Positions 1-7,629 of a stretch of 64,000 nt of DNA are shown one piece after another. Numbering within the stretch: position 1 is the first letter of the stretch; each line of letters opens with the position of its first letter. The stretch lies in the IMG/VR virus record IMGVR_UViG_3300027769_000918, positions 1 to 64,000 of that record. The stretch is one strand, 5' to 3'. This stretch comes from a virus. Both the position numbers and the translations under genes were made by a program. The notes under the pieces are model-generated. The model was given only the letters and a program-made list of their open reading frames with translations. It made no database searches and was not told the origin of the DNA.

Positions 1-210
1 GTGGTTCTTCTGCAGGTGGTTCTTCTGCAGGTGGTTCTTCTGCAGGTGGTTCTTCTGCAGGTGGTTCTTCTGCAGGTGGTTCTTCTGCAGGTGGTTCTTC
101 TGCAGGTGGTTCTTCTGCAGGTGGTTCTTCTGCAGGTGGTTCAACAACTGGTGGTTCAACAACTGGTGGTTCAACAACTGGTGGTTCAACAACTGGTGGT
201 TCAGGAGCTG
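1..210. repeat. 15-bp coding tandem repeat: GTGGTTCTTCTGCAG x9, GTGGTTCAACAACTG x4, one degenerate unit
   Basis: Directly visible; encodes PPAEE/PPVVE on the minus strand. Confidence 0.95.
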
Positions 211-1843
211 GTGCGGGTGGAGCAGGGGTTGGTGCAGGTGCTGGGGCAGGAACTGCATCAATTACTGCTTGTGCTGCTGCTACTATTGTAGGTGCGGTAG
301 TTACTTTTTCTACGGCTGTAGAAACAATTGCAAGGTCTGCTACCTTTTCAGTTAATGTTGTGCTTGCTGCTGCTAATGCAGTTACAGTATTTTGTGAAAC
401 AGTTGCAATAGGTGCAATAACTGTATTTATGTTTGCTGTATTTGTTGCAACAACTGTTGTAATTGCTGAGTTTAATGTAGCAATTTGTGCGTTTGCTGTA
501 TCAATTGCTGCCAATACTGTTGCATTATCTGGATCAGGTGTAGGAGTAAAGGCTGGTCCTTGACTTATTGTCCCATTAAATCCAGGACCTGAATTAGTAT
601 CAATAATAGGTGTTATTGCTCCGCCTGCTGTTTCTCTTATATTAAATCTAGCACCGTTTGGTATTGGTCCAGTAACATTAACATCTGCCTGCCATGCTCC
701 GTTAGATGGATTAACGTCTGCGTTAAATCTAACTTGAGTCATTTGTGTCTCGGCGGTAGTTAAAGGATAAACTCTAAGATCCCAAGCAACACTCAGTGTA
801 TTAGTAGTTGTTGAGTATGTGATTCCAGACCCATTACTCCATGTAGTCCAGTCCCAGCCTGCTATAGATATAGAAGGAGCATTAGGTGTAGTGTGATATG
901 TTCCACCTTCATTTACCCCAAAAGTAATTGTTGCATTAGAACCTACAAAAACATTGTTATATGTCACTCCACCCATCTGTAAATTAAAGGGAAGGTTCAT
1001 TCGAACGCCAGCGTCATCGACATTAGATAAAACATTTGTAGTTGTGCCGATAGTTGCTGCAAGGGCGTTGACTGCGTCTTGAGCGTTATTAATTGCTACG
1101 TTTGCTTGAGTTAATTGTGTTTGAGCCTCTGTTCGTGCAGGAGTTACTGCAGCTACCGCCGTATTTGCTCCCGCTATTGCAGTATTTGCCTCTTGTATTT
1201 GAGTAGTTGCATTTTGTACAGCAGCAGAAGCTGTTGCTGCTTGTGCTGCTTCTGTTGCAACTTGAGTGGCAACTTGTGTAATGGTTACTTCTGGTGCTGG
1301 GGTAACACTGTTTGCTGGAGTAGATGCTGCAACTACTGCTTCAACTAAAGTTGTTGCTGCTGCTGTTACTGTTGCGGCTGCTTCTGTAGCCACTGTCTGT
1401 GCAGTTACAACTTCTGGTGTTGCTGTTGTTGCATCTGCAGGGATTGCCGCAACCGCTGTTGTCACTGCTGCTACTGCAGTAGTAACATCTTGTATCACTG
1501 TTGTTGCAGTTGGTGCGATTGCACTGGTGTTTGCAACTTCTGCAACTGCTGCTACCGCTGTGGTTACTGCTGTATTTGCTTGAGCAACCTCTGTGTTAGA
1601 TGCTGTTACTGCTTGTACCGCTGTTGCTATTGTAGCAGTTGATGTTTCTGATGCTGCCACAGCTTGCGCTACTTCTGTAGTTGCTGTAGCAAGGGCTGTA
1701 TTAACTGCCTGCTGTGCTGGGCTTACTACAACCTGCTCTGAGGGCGCTGGGGGCTCATTAGCATTGGCAAAGTTAGGGCTAAAAAGGAAAAGCCAGCCAA
1801 TTATAAAAAGGCTGGTTAAAAAATACTTTAACTTTCTAGTCAA
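1..1843 (-). CDS. Large secreted/surface protein (partial, runs off the window): signal peptide, Ala/Thr/Val-rich region, NIDO-like globular domain, Pro-rich repeats
   Basis: Not in the ORF track because there is no stop in the window. TTG at 1843 has AGGAGA 7 nt upstream and reads MTRKLKYFLTSLFIIGWLFLFSPNFANA-NEPPAP. Internal DDAGVRMNLPFNLQMGGVTYNNVFVGSNATITFG; ends in (PPVVE)4(PPAEE)9+. Confidence 0.85.
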   Translation of the reverse strand, partial: MTRKLKYFLTSLFIIGWLFLFSPNFANANEPPAPSEQVVVSPAQQAVNTALATATTEVAQAVAASETSTATIATAVQAVTASNTEVAQANTAVTTAVAAVAEVANTSAIAPTATTVIQDVTTAVAAVTTAVAAIPADATTATPEVVTAQTVATEAAATVTAAATTLVEAVVAASTPANSVTPAPEVTITQVATQVATEAAQAATASAAVQNATTQIQEANTAIAGANTAVAAVTPARTEAQTQLTQANVAINNAQDAVNALAATIGTTTNVLSNVDDAGVRMNLPFNLQMGGVTYNNVFVGSNATITFGVNEGGTYHTTPNAPSISIAGWDWTTWSNGSGITYSTTTNTLSVAWDLRVYPLTTAETQMTQVRFNADVNPSNGAWQADVNVTGPIPNGARFNIRETAGGAITPIIDTNSGPGFNGTISQGPAFTPTPDPDNATVLAAIDTANAQIATLNSAITTVVATNTANINTVIAPIATVSQNTVTALAAASTTLTEKVADLAIVSTAVEKVTTAPTIVAAAQAVIDAVPAPAPAPTPAPPAPAPEPPVVEPPVVEPPVVEPPVVEPPAEEPPAEEPPAEEPPAEEPPAEEPPAEEPPAEEPPAEEPPAEEP

Positions 1844-1854
1844 CTAGGTATCTC

Positions 1855-1895
1855 CTAAGTAAAACAATATTTTTGTTTACTTAGTAATTATAGCA
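1855..1895 (-). promoter_or_regulatory. Extended -10 promoter (TGCTATAAT) with an inverted repeat over the likely TSS and RBS edge
   Basis: TGCTATAAT at 1895-1887; CTAAGTAAAACAA/TTGTTTACTTAG at 1855-1884. Confidence 0.6.
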
Positions 1896-1910
1896 GAATG
1901 TTAATTTAAA

Positions 1911-2099
1911 TTACTTAGGATTATCTGTTTTGTAAAAGCCATTTCCTTTAAACTGTATACCAAATGGAGTAAAGTGTCTAGTCATTTCTGACTCACATTC
2001 AACACATGTGTAGCCTGGATCTTCATCCACAATTGATCTGTGTACTGACATTGTTGCATGTGCATCATCATATGAGCACTTGTATTCGTATACTGGCAT
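1911..2099 (-). CDS. FmdB-family zinc-ribbon protein
   Basis: MPVYEYKC...CVEC...IQFKGNGFYKTD signature; the first knuckle is CSYDDAH rather than CxxC. Confidence 0.85.
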   Translation of the reverse strand: MPVYEYKCSYDDAHATMSVHRSIVDEDPGYTCVECESEMTRHFTPFGIQFKGNGFYKTDNPK

Positions 2100-2119
2100 T
2101 ACCTATCCTTTAAGTTAAA

Positions 2120-2167
2120 TGAGCCTTTTAGTGACTTGCTCAGGTCTCCTTCGGTAGCGAACCAAAG
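2120..2167 (-). ncRNA. Candidate structured RNA: hairpin followed by a compact H-type pseudoknot
   Basis: CUUUGGU-UCGCU-ACCGAAG hairpin, then GAC-CUGAGCAA-GUC whose loop UGAGC can pair with downstream GCUCA. Confidence 0.4.
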
Positions 2168-2168
2168 A

Positions 2169-2588
2169 TTATTTGATTTTAATTACTTTTGGTTTCTTTT
2201 CTTCTGGAACGATTCTATCTACATTAATATGCAACATTCCATCTTCAATTGAAGCTCCAGTTACTTCCATATATTCACCGAGCCCGAATGTTCTTGTGAA
2301 CTTACGTGCAGCAATACCTTTATGTAAGTATTCGCCGTCTGTAACTTCTTTGATTTCACCCTTAATAATAAGCGTTCCGTTATCAACGGATACGTCAATA
2401 TCTTCCTTGGTGAATCCTGCTACTGCAATTGATACCTGATATGTATCTTCGTCTAGCTTTAGTACGTCATATGGAGGATATGTTTGGCGTGTTGCAGCCT
2501 GATGGACATGTGCCATTCTTTCCATTTCACGATTAAAGCCAATAAAAAAAGGATCTCTAAAAAGATCCAGTGTTAGTGTGTTTACCAT
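2169..2588 (-). CDS. hsp20: Small heat-shock protein, Hsp20/IbpA family
   Basis: YPPYDV...VAGF..EDI.V....L.IKG...YLHKGIAARKFTRTF...DGMLHI...PEEKKPKVIKI alpha-crystallin pattern. Confidence 0.95.
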   Translation of the reverse strand: MVNTLTLDLFRDPFFIGFNREMERMAHVHQAATRQTYPPYDVLKLDEDTYQVSIAVAGFTKEDIDVSVDNGTLIIKGEIKEVTDGEYLHKGIAARKFTRTFGLGEYMEVTGASIEDGMLHINVDRIVPEEKKPKVIKIK

Positions 2589-2593
2589 TTTTG

Positions 2594-2652
2594 CTCCTTT
2601 TAAGCGAGTTAGTTTAGCATCCCCATAAGGCGGATGTAAAATAATTATAGCA
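2594..2652 (-). promoter_or_regulatory. hsp20 promoter (TGCTATAAT) and ROSE-like RNA thermometer
   Basis: TGCTATAAT at 2652-2644; 5' hairpin CAUCCGCCUUAUGGGGAUG (2636-2618); CUCGCU-UAAA-AGGAG (2608-2594) pairs the SD with a bulged G. Confidence 0.7.
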
Positions 2653-2661
2653 TATTTGATA

Positions 2662-3669
2662 CTAGATTTCCAGCCTATGCCAGGATTCTTTTAAGCTTGC
2701 TTGTGACACCCTAATAAACTTAGCGTTTTTAGCAAGGTCAGAAAGGTTTAAAACTCCACCATAAGAACATCCGCTGTTAATTGAGTTTTGCATATTTTTA
2801 ATTGTTTTTATGACCGACCCTTTATTATCTACTTTGCCTGCTTTGCCTTCGGAGTATGGATTTTTAACTCCCATTTTAATCTGAATCTCTTCTGAGGCCA
2901 GGCCTCTAAAAGAACCTGGTTCACCGTCACATTCATCATGTCCAGCAAACATAGAACCCATCATTACGGCACTTGCTCCTGCAGCAAAAGCTTTTACAAT
3001 ATCTCCATTATTTTTAATCCCGCCATCTGCAACAATTCCATTTATCTCATCACCTTTAACTTTTTCATACACGTCCATTATTGATGTTAAAACTGGTACA
3101 CCAAAACCAGTTTCGATTCTTGTCATACAAGCTGCTCCACCACCAATTCCAACTCTTACTGAATCAGCACCTGCATCCATAAGAGATTTGTAGGCTTCGT
3201 AAGAAGACACATTTCCTACCATTATGTGTATCTTATTTGGAACAATAGATCTTAATTGCTTAACTGCATCAACAACAACATTGGTGTGCCCTAAAGCAGT
3301 ATCTAATAATATAACTTTTACATTAAAGCTTAAAATTTTATTAATAAAATCAGTATCTTTAGCTTGATCAATGTTAATTGCAAAGCCGCTTCTTCCATTT
3401 AAAGACTCTGCTTGAGCAAATTTATCTTTAATGTCATTATGCCTTTGAACAAAACCGATTCCGTTTACTGAAGATATAGCGTTAAGCATTTTTGTACTAC
3501 TAATATACTCCATTGGAGCAATCATAATTGGAAATTTAAGATTAAGCCATGCTGCTTTATTATTTGGGTTTCCAATTTTCATAGAAAGATTTGGAAGCGA
3601 TCTACTTTTAACAACACTATTAGTTGCTGGCTCTAGCAGTACATCATCAAAGCATAAAGCTTCTTTCAT
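2662..3669 (-). CDS. IMPDH/GMP reductase family enzyme without CBS domains, more GMPR-like
   Basis: LCFDDVLL, PIMIAPME, LDTALGH, catalytic loop GIGGGAACMTR, ADGGI, MMGSMFAG; the flap has SEGK and lacks the IMPDH Arg-Tyr dyad. Confidence 0.85.
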   Translation of the reverse strand: MKEALCFDDVLLEPATNSVVKSRSLPNLSMKIGNPNNKAAWLNLKFPIMIAPMEYISSTKMLNAISSVNGIGFVQRHNDIKDKFAQAESLNGRSGFAINIDQAKDTDFINKILSFNVKVILLDTALGHTNVVVDAVKQLRSIVPNKIHIMVGNVSSYEAYKSLMDAGADSVRVGIGGGAACMTRIETGFGVPVLTSIMDVYEKVKGDEINGIVADGGIKNNGDIVKAFAAGASAVMMGSMFAGHDECDGEPGSFRGLASEEIQIKMGVKNPYSEGKAGKVDNKGSVIKTIKNMQNSINSGCSYGGVLNLSDLAKNAKFIRVSQASLKESWHRLEI

Positions 3670-3675
3670 TTATAT

Positions 3676-4083
3676 CTACTTTTTAGATTTTGCTCTAGCT
3701 TTTGCTAGCGCTTCAAAGTCTTTAACCTTGGTATCTCCCAGGTATCCCCATGCATATCCATCGGCAATCATTTGTTCATTGACTGATACTTTAGATCCGT
3801 CTAGAAATAGCCATCCAAGGATGCGCCCGTATTTTTCTGATGAGTCCATTTTTTCTGTTTTAATAACAACAGTCTTAGATGCATCAATTGCTTTCTTTAA
3901 ATATTCTTTAGATTCAAGGCCGAGTGCTTTTTCCATTTTATCTGAGGTACGGCTTTCAGGAGTATCTATTCCCGCTAATCTAACTCGTGAGCTAAATGAG
4001 ATATCAAATCCAAGATCAATATCTACATCAATAGTATCTCCGTCTACAACCTTTGTAACTTTTTTAACGTAGTACTCAAACAT
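3676..4083 (-). CDS. Thermonuclease (SNase-like)
   Basis: VVDGDTID, RVRLAGIDTPE, KYGRILG, VNEQMIADGYA. Confidence 0.92.
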   Translation of the reverse strand: MFEYYVKKVTKVVDGDTIDVDIDLGFDISFSSRVRLAGIDTPESRTSDKMEKALGLESKEYLKKAIDASKTVVIKTEKMDSSEKYGRILGWLFLDGSKVSVNEQMIADGYAWGYLGDTKVKDFEALAKARAKSKK

Positions 4084-4280
4084 TACTTAGCCTTCTTAGT
4101 TGGCGCTTTTTTAGCAACTTTCTTGGCTGGTGCTTTCTTAGTTACCTTCTTTGCGGGAGCCTTCTTGGCAACCTTCTTTGCTGGTGCTTTCTTTACTGGT
4201 GCTAAAATTTCATCTATCTTTACGCTATAAATATCTTCTTTAACTCCAAAAAAATCTTTAATCTTTTTTAAAACGCTCAT
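4083..4280 (-). CDS. Small basic histone-H1-like protein (KKAPAKK repeats)
   Basis: C-terminal KKAPAKKVAKKAPAKKVTKKAPAKKVAKKAPTKKAK; AGGAG RBS; own TGATATACT promoter at 4323-4315. Confidence 0.75.
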   Translation of the reverse strand: MSVLKKIKDFFGVKEDIYSVKIDEILAPVKKAPAKKVAKKAPAKKVTKKAPAKKVAKKAPTKKAK

Positions 4281-4332
4281 TTTTTTCTCCTTATTTTTTG
4301 TACTGCTTATGATTAGTATATCATTTTTTTAG

Positions 4333-4403
4333 CTTCTCACCATGGATTCGAACCACGATTCTCGCCTCCAAAGGGCGATGTCCTGCCGTTGGACGAGTGA
4401 GAA
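4333..4403 (-). tRNA. tRNA-Gln(TTG)
   Basis: Acceptor TTCTCAC/GTGAGAA; anticodon arm TCGCC-CTTTGGA-GGCGA; GTTCGAATC T-loop; no encoded CCA. Confidence 0.92.
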
Positions 4404-4407
4404 AGAG

Positions 4408-4478
4408 AGCGGATGATGAGAATCGAACTCACCCCTTCTGCTTGGAAGGCAGAGGCACTACCAATATGCAACATCCGC
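4408..4478 (-). tRNA. tRNA-Gly(TCC)
   Basis: GCGGATG/CATCCGC acceptor; TCTGC-CTTCCAA-GCAGA anticodon arm; U discriminator. Confidence 0.93.
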
Positions 4479-4486
4479 ATGTTACG

Positions 4487-4559
4487 TGTCCCTAGTTGGA
4501 TTCGAACCAACGCTGTATAGATTTTAAGTCTACCGCCTCTACCGCTGGGCTATAAGGAC
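4487..4559 (-). tRNA. tRNA-Leu(TAA) with short variable loop
   Basis: GTCCTTA/TAGGGAC acceptor; GTAGA-CTTAAAA-TCTAT anticodon arm; 5-nt variable region; A discriminator. Confidence 0.88.
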
Positions 4560-4564
4560 TTTCG

Positions 4565-4637
4565 TGCCTTCGGCAGGAGTCGAACCTGCGGCCAGTCGGG
4601 TAGAAACCGAATGCTCTGTCCTCTGAGCTACGAAGGC
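4565..4637 (-). tRNA. tRNA-Arg(TCT)
   Basis: GCCTTCG/CGAAGGC acceptor; TCGG-TTTCTAC-CCGA anticodon arm; GGTTCGACTCC. Confidence 0.92.
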
Positions 4638-4643
4638 ATTTGT

Positions 4644-4952
4644 CTAATCATTTGGAATATCTATATCCATATCCATTTCAACTAAACCCATTTCCTTTGC
4701 TACCTTTTTTCCTTCATCGGACATTTCAATTATTGCTTCAAGATCTTCATTATAAGTTACATTAATTAATCCTTTATTATATAAAGAAACCAGTGATTCG
4801 TTTACATGCTCTTCGTGTGCCTGCCAAAGTTCTGGTGCAAGTATTTTTGCTTTTTCAGTTATATTAAATATTAACTCGCCGTCTTCATCCATGCCAGACA
4901 ATTCTATTGCGCCTATTGAAAGATAATATTCCATTTTATCTTCGCTATTCAT
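4644..4952 (-). CDS. Acidic hypothetical protein inside the tRNA cluster
   Basis: 102-aa ORF with AAAGGTAG RBS-like site, lying between tRNA genes. Confidence 0.7.
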   Translation of the reverse strand: MNSEDKMEYYLSIGAIELSGMDEDGELIFNITEKAKILAPELWQAHEEHVNESLVSLYNKGLINVTYNEDLEAIIEMSDEGKKVAKEMGLVEMDMDIDIPND

Positions 4953-4964
4953 ATCTACCTTTCG

Positions 4965-5038
4965 TGCAACAAGTAGGACTTGAACCTACGATTACCGAAT
5001 TATGAGTTCGGGGCTTTAACCAACTAAGCTATTGTTGC
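4965..5038 (-). tRNA. tRNA with CAT anticodon, probably Ile2 (lysidine type) rather than Met
   Basis: GCAACAA/TTGTTGC acceptor; CCGAA-CTCATAA-TTCGG. Paired 1:72 and no GGG/CCC anticodon stem, so not an initiator. Confidence 0.85.
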
Positions 5039-5048
5039 TTAGAAGTCT

Positions 5049-5078
5049 ATTATAACGTGCCGTCTTGATTTTTGTCAA
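5049..5078 (-). promoter_or_regulatory. Sigma70-type promoter for the tRNA cluster
   Basis: TTGACA(5078-5073)-N18-TATAAT(5054-5049), about 10 nt before the first tRNA. Confidence 0.75.
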
Positions 5079-5298
5079 TAGTTTCTTCAACTATCTGCTG
5101 AACATATTCTGAAAAATGTTTACGGATATTGCCCATTGGTCTTTTACCAGATGCTATCCAAATTCTTTTATATTCAACTACATTAGAAAATGTTGTTGGA
5201 CATAAAACTATTCCATTATATTCTTTTAGTACTGTTGGTAGTGGAACATGCTTACCGCAACATTTACACTCTTTTGCTTTTTCTTGATAAGTACTCAT
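5050..5298 (-). CDS. Hypothetical protein, Cys-containing
   Basis: ECKCCGKH...LCPTT; start overlaps the terminase stop. Confidence 0.7.
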   Translation of the reverse strand: MSTYQEKAKECKCCGKHVPLPTVLKEYNGIVLCPTTFSNVVEYKRIWIASGKRPMGNIRKHFSEYVQQIVEETIDKNQDGTL

Positions 5299-7097
5299 AT
5301 TATCATCATCCTGTCCATTGCATCTTTTAAGTTTTCTGGTATTCTTGGAGCCTTAATCATATTAAAAGAGCTTGTTTCTCCATCTGGCTCTTTGCCAAAA
5401 TCATTATCATAACTCATTGATTCATAAGTATGAATATTTACTTCTTGATTAGAATCAAATCTAGTTCTACTTATAGCATTATAAATAGATCCGCATACAG
5501 CATCCGCCAAGTCCTTTGATCCTTTTCTGGGGTGGTCAACCTTGTCTCGCATAATTCTTAATTGAAGCAGTTCATCAATTAATAATTGAATATGAGGGCC
5601 AGTTAATCTTTCCTCTAAGACAACCATAGCCATGTCGTCGTAATGTTTTTTGGCGACAGATAGAATTTCTGTATTGATGCCATATTGTTTTAGTTGTTGC
5701 ATCATGTCATGAGAATTCCATCTGTCAAAAGTACATACGCTTATATTAAATCCCCTTGTTCTAAGTGATAAAATATAATCTTTAACCTCTGTAAAATCAA
5801 CAGATTTATCAGAAGTCGGTGTCCAATACCTGACTGCATCTATCTCAACAATTGGGGCTGGTTGAGAATATGTGTCAGTAACTTTAACATTAACCCATTT
5901 ATTAACATGTGCCATTGCAACTGCACAATGGTCATGCTTCTGGGCTAAGTCAACATGTAAAAAATATTTTTTATCTGGATCAGGAATAAACCATTCTTCT
6001 AGTCTTCCAAATGTGTCTACGGCAAGGTGACCTTTGTTAAAAGCTTTTTCAACTTTTTCTCTTGATTTAAAAAATGCATCTACGGCCTCTGGTGGCATGC
6101 ATGCAAATCTAGACAAGGCGTCCGTTGGGTTAGTAAAAAATGCAACTTTAAAATCATCAATAGTTCTTACTGGATTAATTTCCCATGTTGGACGCTTAAG
6201 TGCATATACTTTAGGAATCTTGTACGAAAGTATATGGTCTTCTTCCCATTGAACTTCAAACTCATTGCCTTCTGTTCCGTCTGGAAGATCGTTGTCCATC
6301 TTAAACTTATGCTCTCTAATAATAGTTTCTTTTTGTGCCACCACAGCATCGTATCTTTGTTGTATATAATCGTTCTTGTAGCGTGGAAAAGAAAGCAAAA
6401 TTACTTTTCCAAAGTCTGGGAAACGTGAATCAACTGATGCTCTATACATGTCATAGATTGCGCCACCTGTTTTTGCCTGATCATGCCCCGTTGTATTTTC
6501 AATAGCAAATCCTGAAATCTCATCTAGGATAACTACAATAACGTTATATCCTTCCCAAGCTTCTCTTTCTGAGTGGCCTGAGTGAACTGTAATTGCTTTA
6601 TCAAATTTAATTTCTGCTGCTTTATCGCTATACTTTCCAGCAAACCATGGCGACTTATCAATGCGTGTTTTAAATCCTTTAAAGAAAACGTTGCTTGCTT
6701 GCTGAGAGTTAATAGCAATATTAATAATATCAATGCTGTCCCCTGGTGGTTTACCATAATACGTAGCTGGATCTTTTAAGCACAATAGTAAATAAACTAT
6801 ATAGGCAACTGCAATTGTTGAGCAGTAATCTTTTCCTGATCCCTTGCCGAGTTGAGCAACTACTTCGTTTGCAGTTTGCTTAAATCGAATCTTTCCTTCT
6901 TCTTCACCAAACAATTTTACTAAAGTTGCTTCTTTATAAATTTGAGAACTTTTTTCAATTAATGTATACTGATATTCTGAGAGTGGTGGCAGGCCAAGAT
7001 AATCTGGGTGGTTAACAAATGTTCTTAAGTCGACTGGCTTTTCGTCAAACTCTTCCCCATCAAGCATGTCAATGAGGTCATCAAACTCAAACGACAT
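5295..7097 (-). CDS. terL: Terminase large subunit
   Basis: Walker A GKGSGKD, Walker B VILDE, nuclease HVDLAQKHD, FDRWNS, KDLADAV. Confidence 0.93.
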   Translation of the reverse strand: MSFEFDDLIDMLDGEEFDEKPVDLRTFVNHPDYLGLPPLSEYQYTLIEKSSQIYKEATLVKLFGEEEGKIRFKQTANEVVAQLGKGSGKDYCSTIAVAYIVYLLLCLKDPATYYGKPPGDSIDIINIAINSQQASNVFFKGFKTRIDKSPWFAGKYSDKAAEIKFDKAITVHSGHSEREAWEGYNVIVVILDEISGFAIENTTGHDQAKTGGAIYDMYRASVDSRFPDFGKVILLSFPRYKNDYIQQRYDAVVAQKETIIREHKFKMDNDLPDGTEGNEFEVQWEEDHILSYKIPKVYALKRPTWEINPVRTIDDFKVAFFTNPTDALSRFACMPPEAVDAFFKSREKVEKAFNKGHLAVDTFGRLEEWFIPDPDKKYFLHVDLAQKHDHCAVAMAHVNKWVNVKVTDTYSQPAPIVEIDAVRYWTPTSDKSVDFTEVKDYILSLRTRGFNISVCTFDRWNSHDMMQQLKQYGINTEILSVAKKHYDDMAMVVLEERLTGPHIQLLIDELLQLRIMRDKVDHPRKGSKDLADAVCGSIYNAISRTRFDSNQEVNIHTYESMSYDNDFGKEPDGETSSFNMIKAPRIPENLKDAMDRMMII

Positions 7098-7623
7098 CTG
7101 CTTCCTCTACTGGTACTGATTCAATTATGCCAGTAATTTGAGATAATCTTTTTGCAACATCCATCTTGCATTTTGGGCAAGTTGAAGAAACCTCTTTTAA
7201 TATCTTTACAAGAACTTCTTGCTTACGTTCTGTTTCAACAATCTGAGAAGCAATTTCATTATTTTCAAGTACGCCAACTGACTGTAGCATTGCTATTCTT
7301 TTTGTTTCTATATCAGCAATTAGTTTTAATGCACCAGACTTTACAGCTAACTGGCCTGCTTGATCTGCATCTTCTACTGTTTTCCAAGCTTCTTTAATCA
7401 GCATTGCATAATGCTGATCCGCTCCAGATATTGCTTCTCTGGCCCTATCTCGTATACCACTGTCGCTATGCACAACAGTCTTCCACTCATCAATGAATTC
7501 CAAAACTTCTTTTCTTTGAAATCCAGTAATTGTGGCTATTTGTGTAGGCGTGTTGCCCTTTAAGAGTTCTTCTACAACTCTATTCATTCTATCAAAATGC
7601 TGGGCTGGCTCTATTTCGCTCAT
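7087..7623 (-). CDS. Probable terminase small subunit (N-terminal HTH)
   Basis: HTH-like GNTPTQIATITG, helical body, overlaps the terL start. Confidence 0.6.
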   Translation of the reverse strand: MSEIEPAQHFDRMNRVVEELLKGNTPTQIATITGFQRKEVLEFIDEWKTVVHSDSGIRDRAREAISGADQHYAMLIKEAWKTVEDADQAGQLAVKSGALKLIADIETKRIAMLQSVGVLENNEIASQIVETERKQEVLVKILKEVSSTCPKCKMDVAKRLSQITGIIESVPVEEADVV

Positions 7624-7629
7624 TAACCT

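Noticed and set aside
1-210. Tandem repeat as a CRISPR array, or the + strand 96-aa (VVLLQ)n ORF
   Set aside because: Units are contiguous with no spacers, and the repeat is explained by PPAEE/PPVVE coding on the minus strand.
4333-5038. Stop-codon reassignment or suppressor tRNA
   Set aside because: Long genes are intact under the standard code with all three stops used. The TAA and TCT anticodons read UUA and AGA, not stops.
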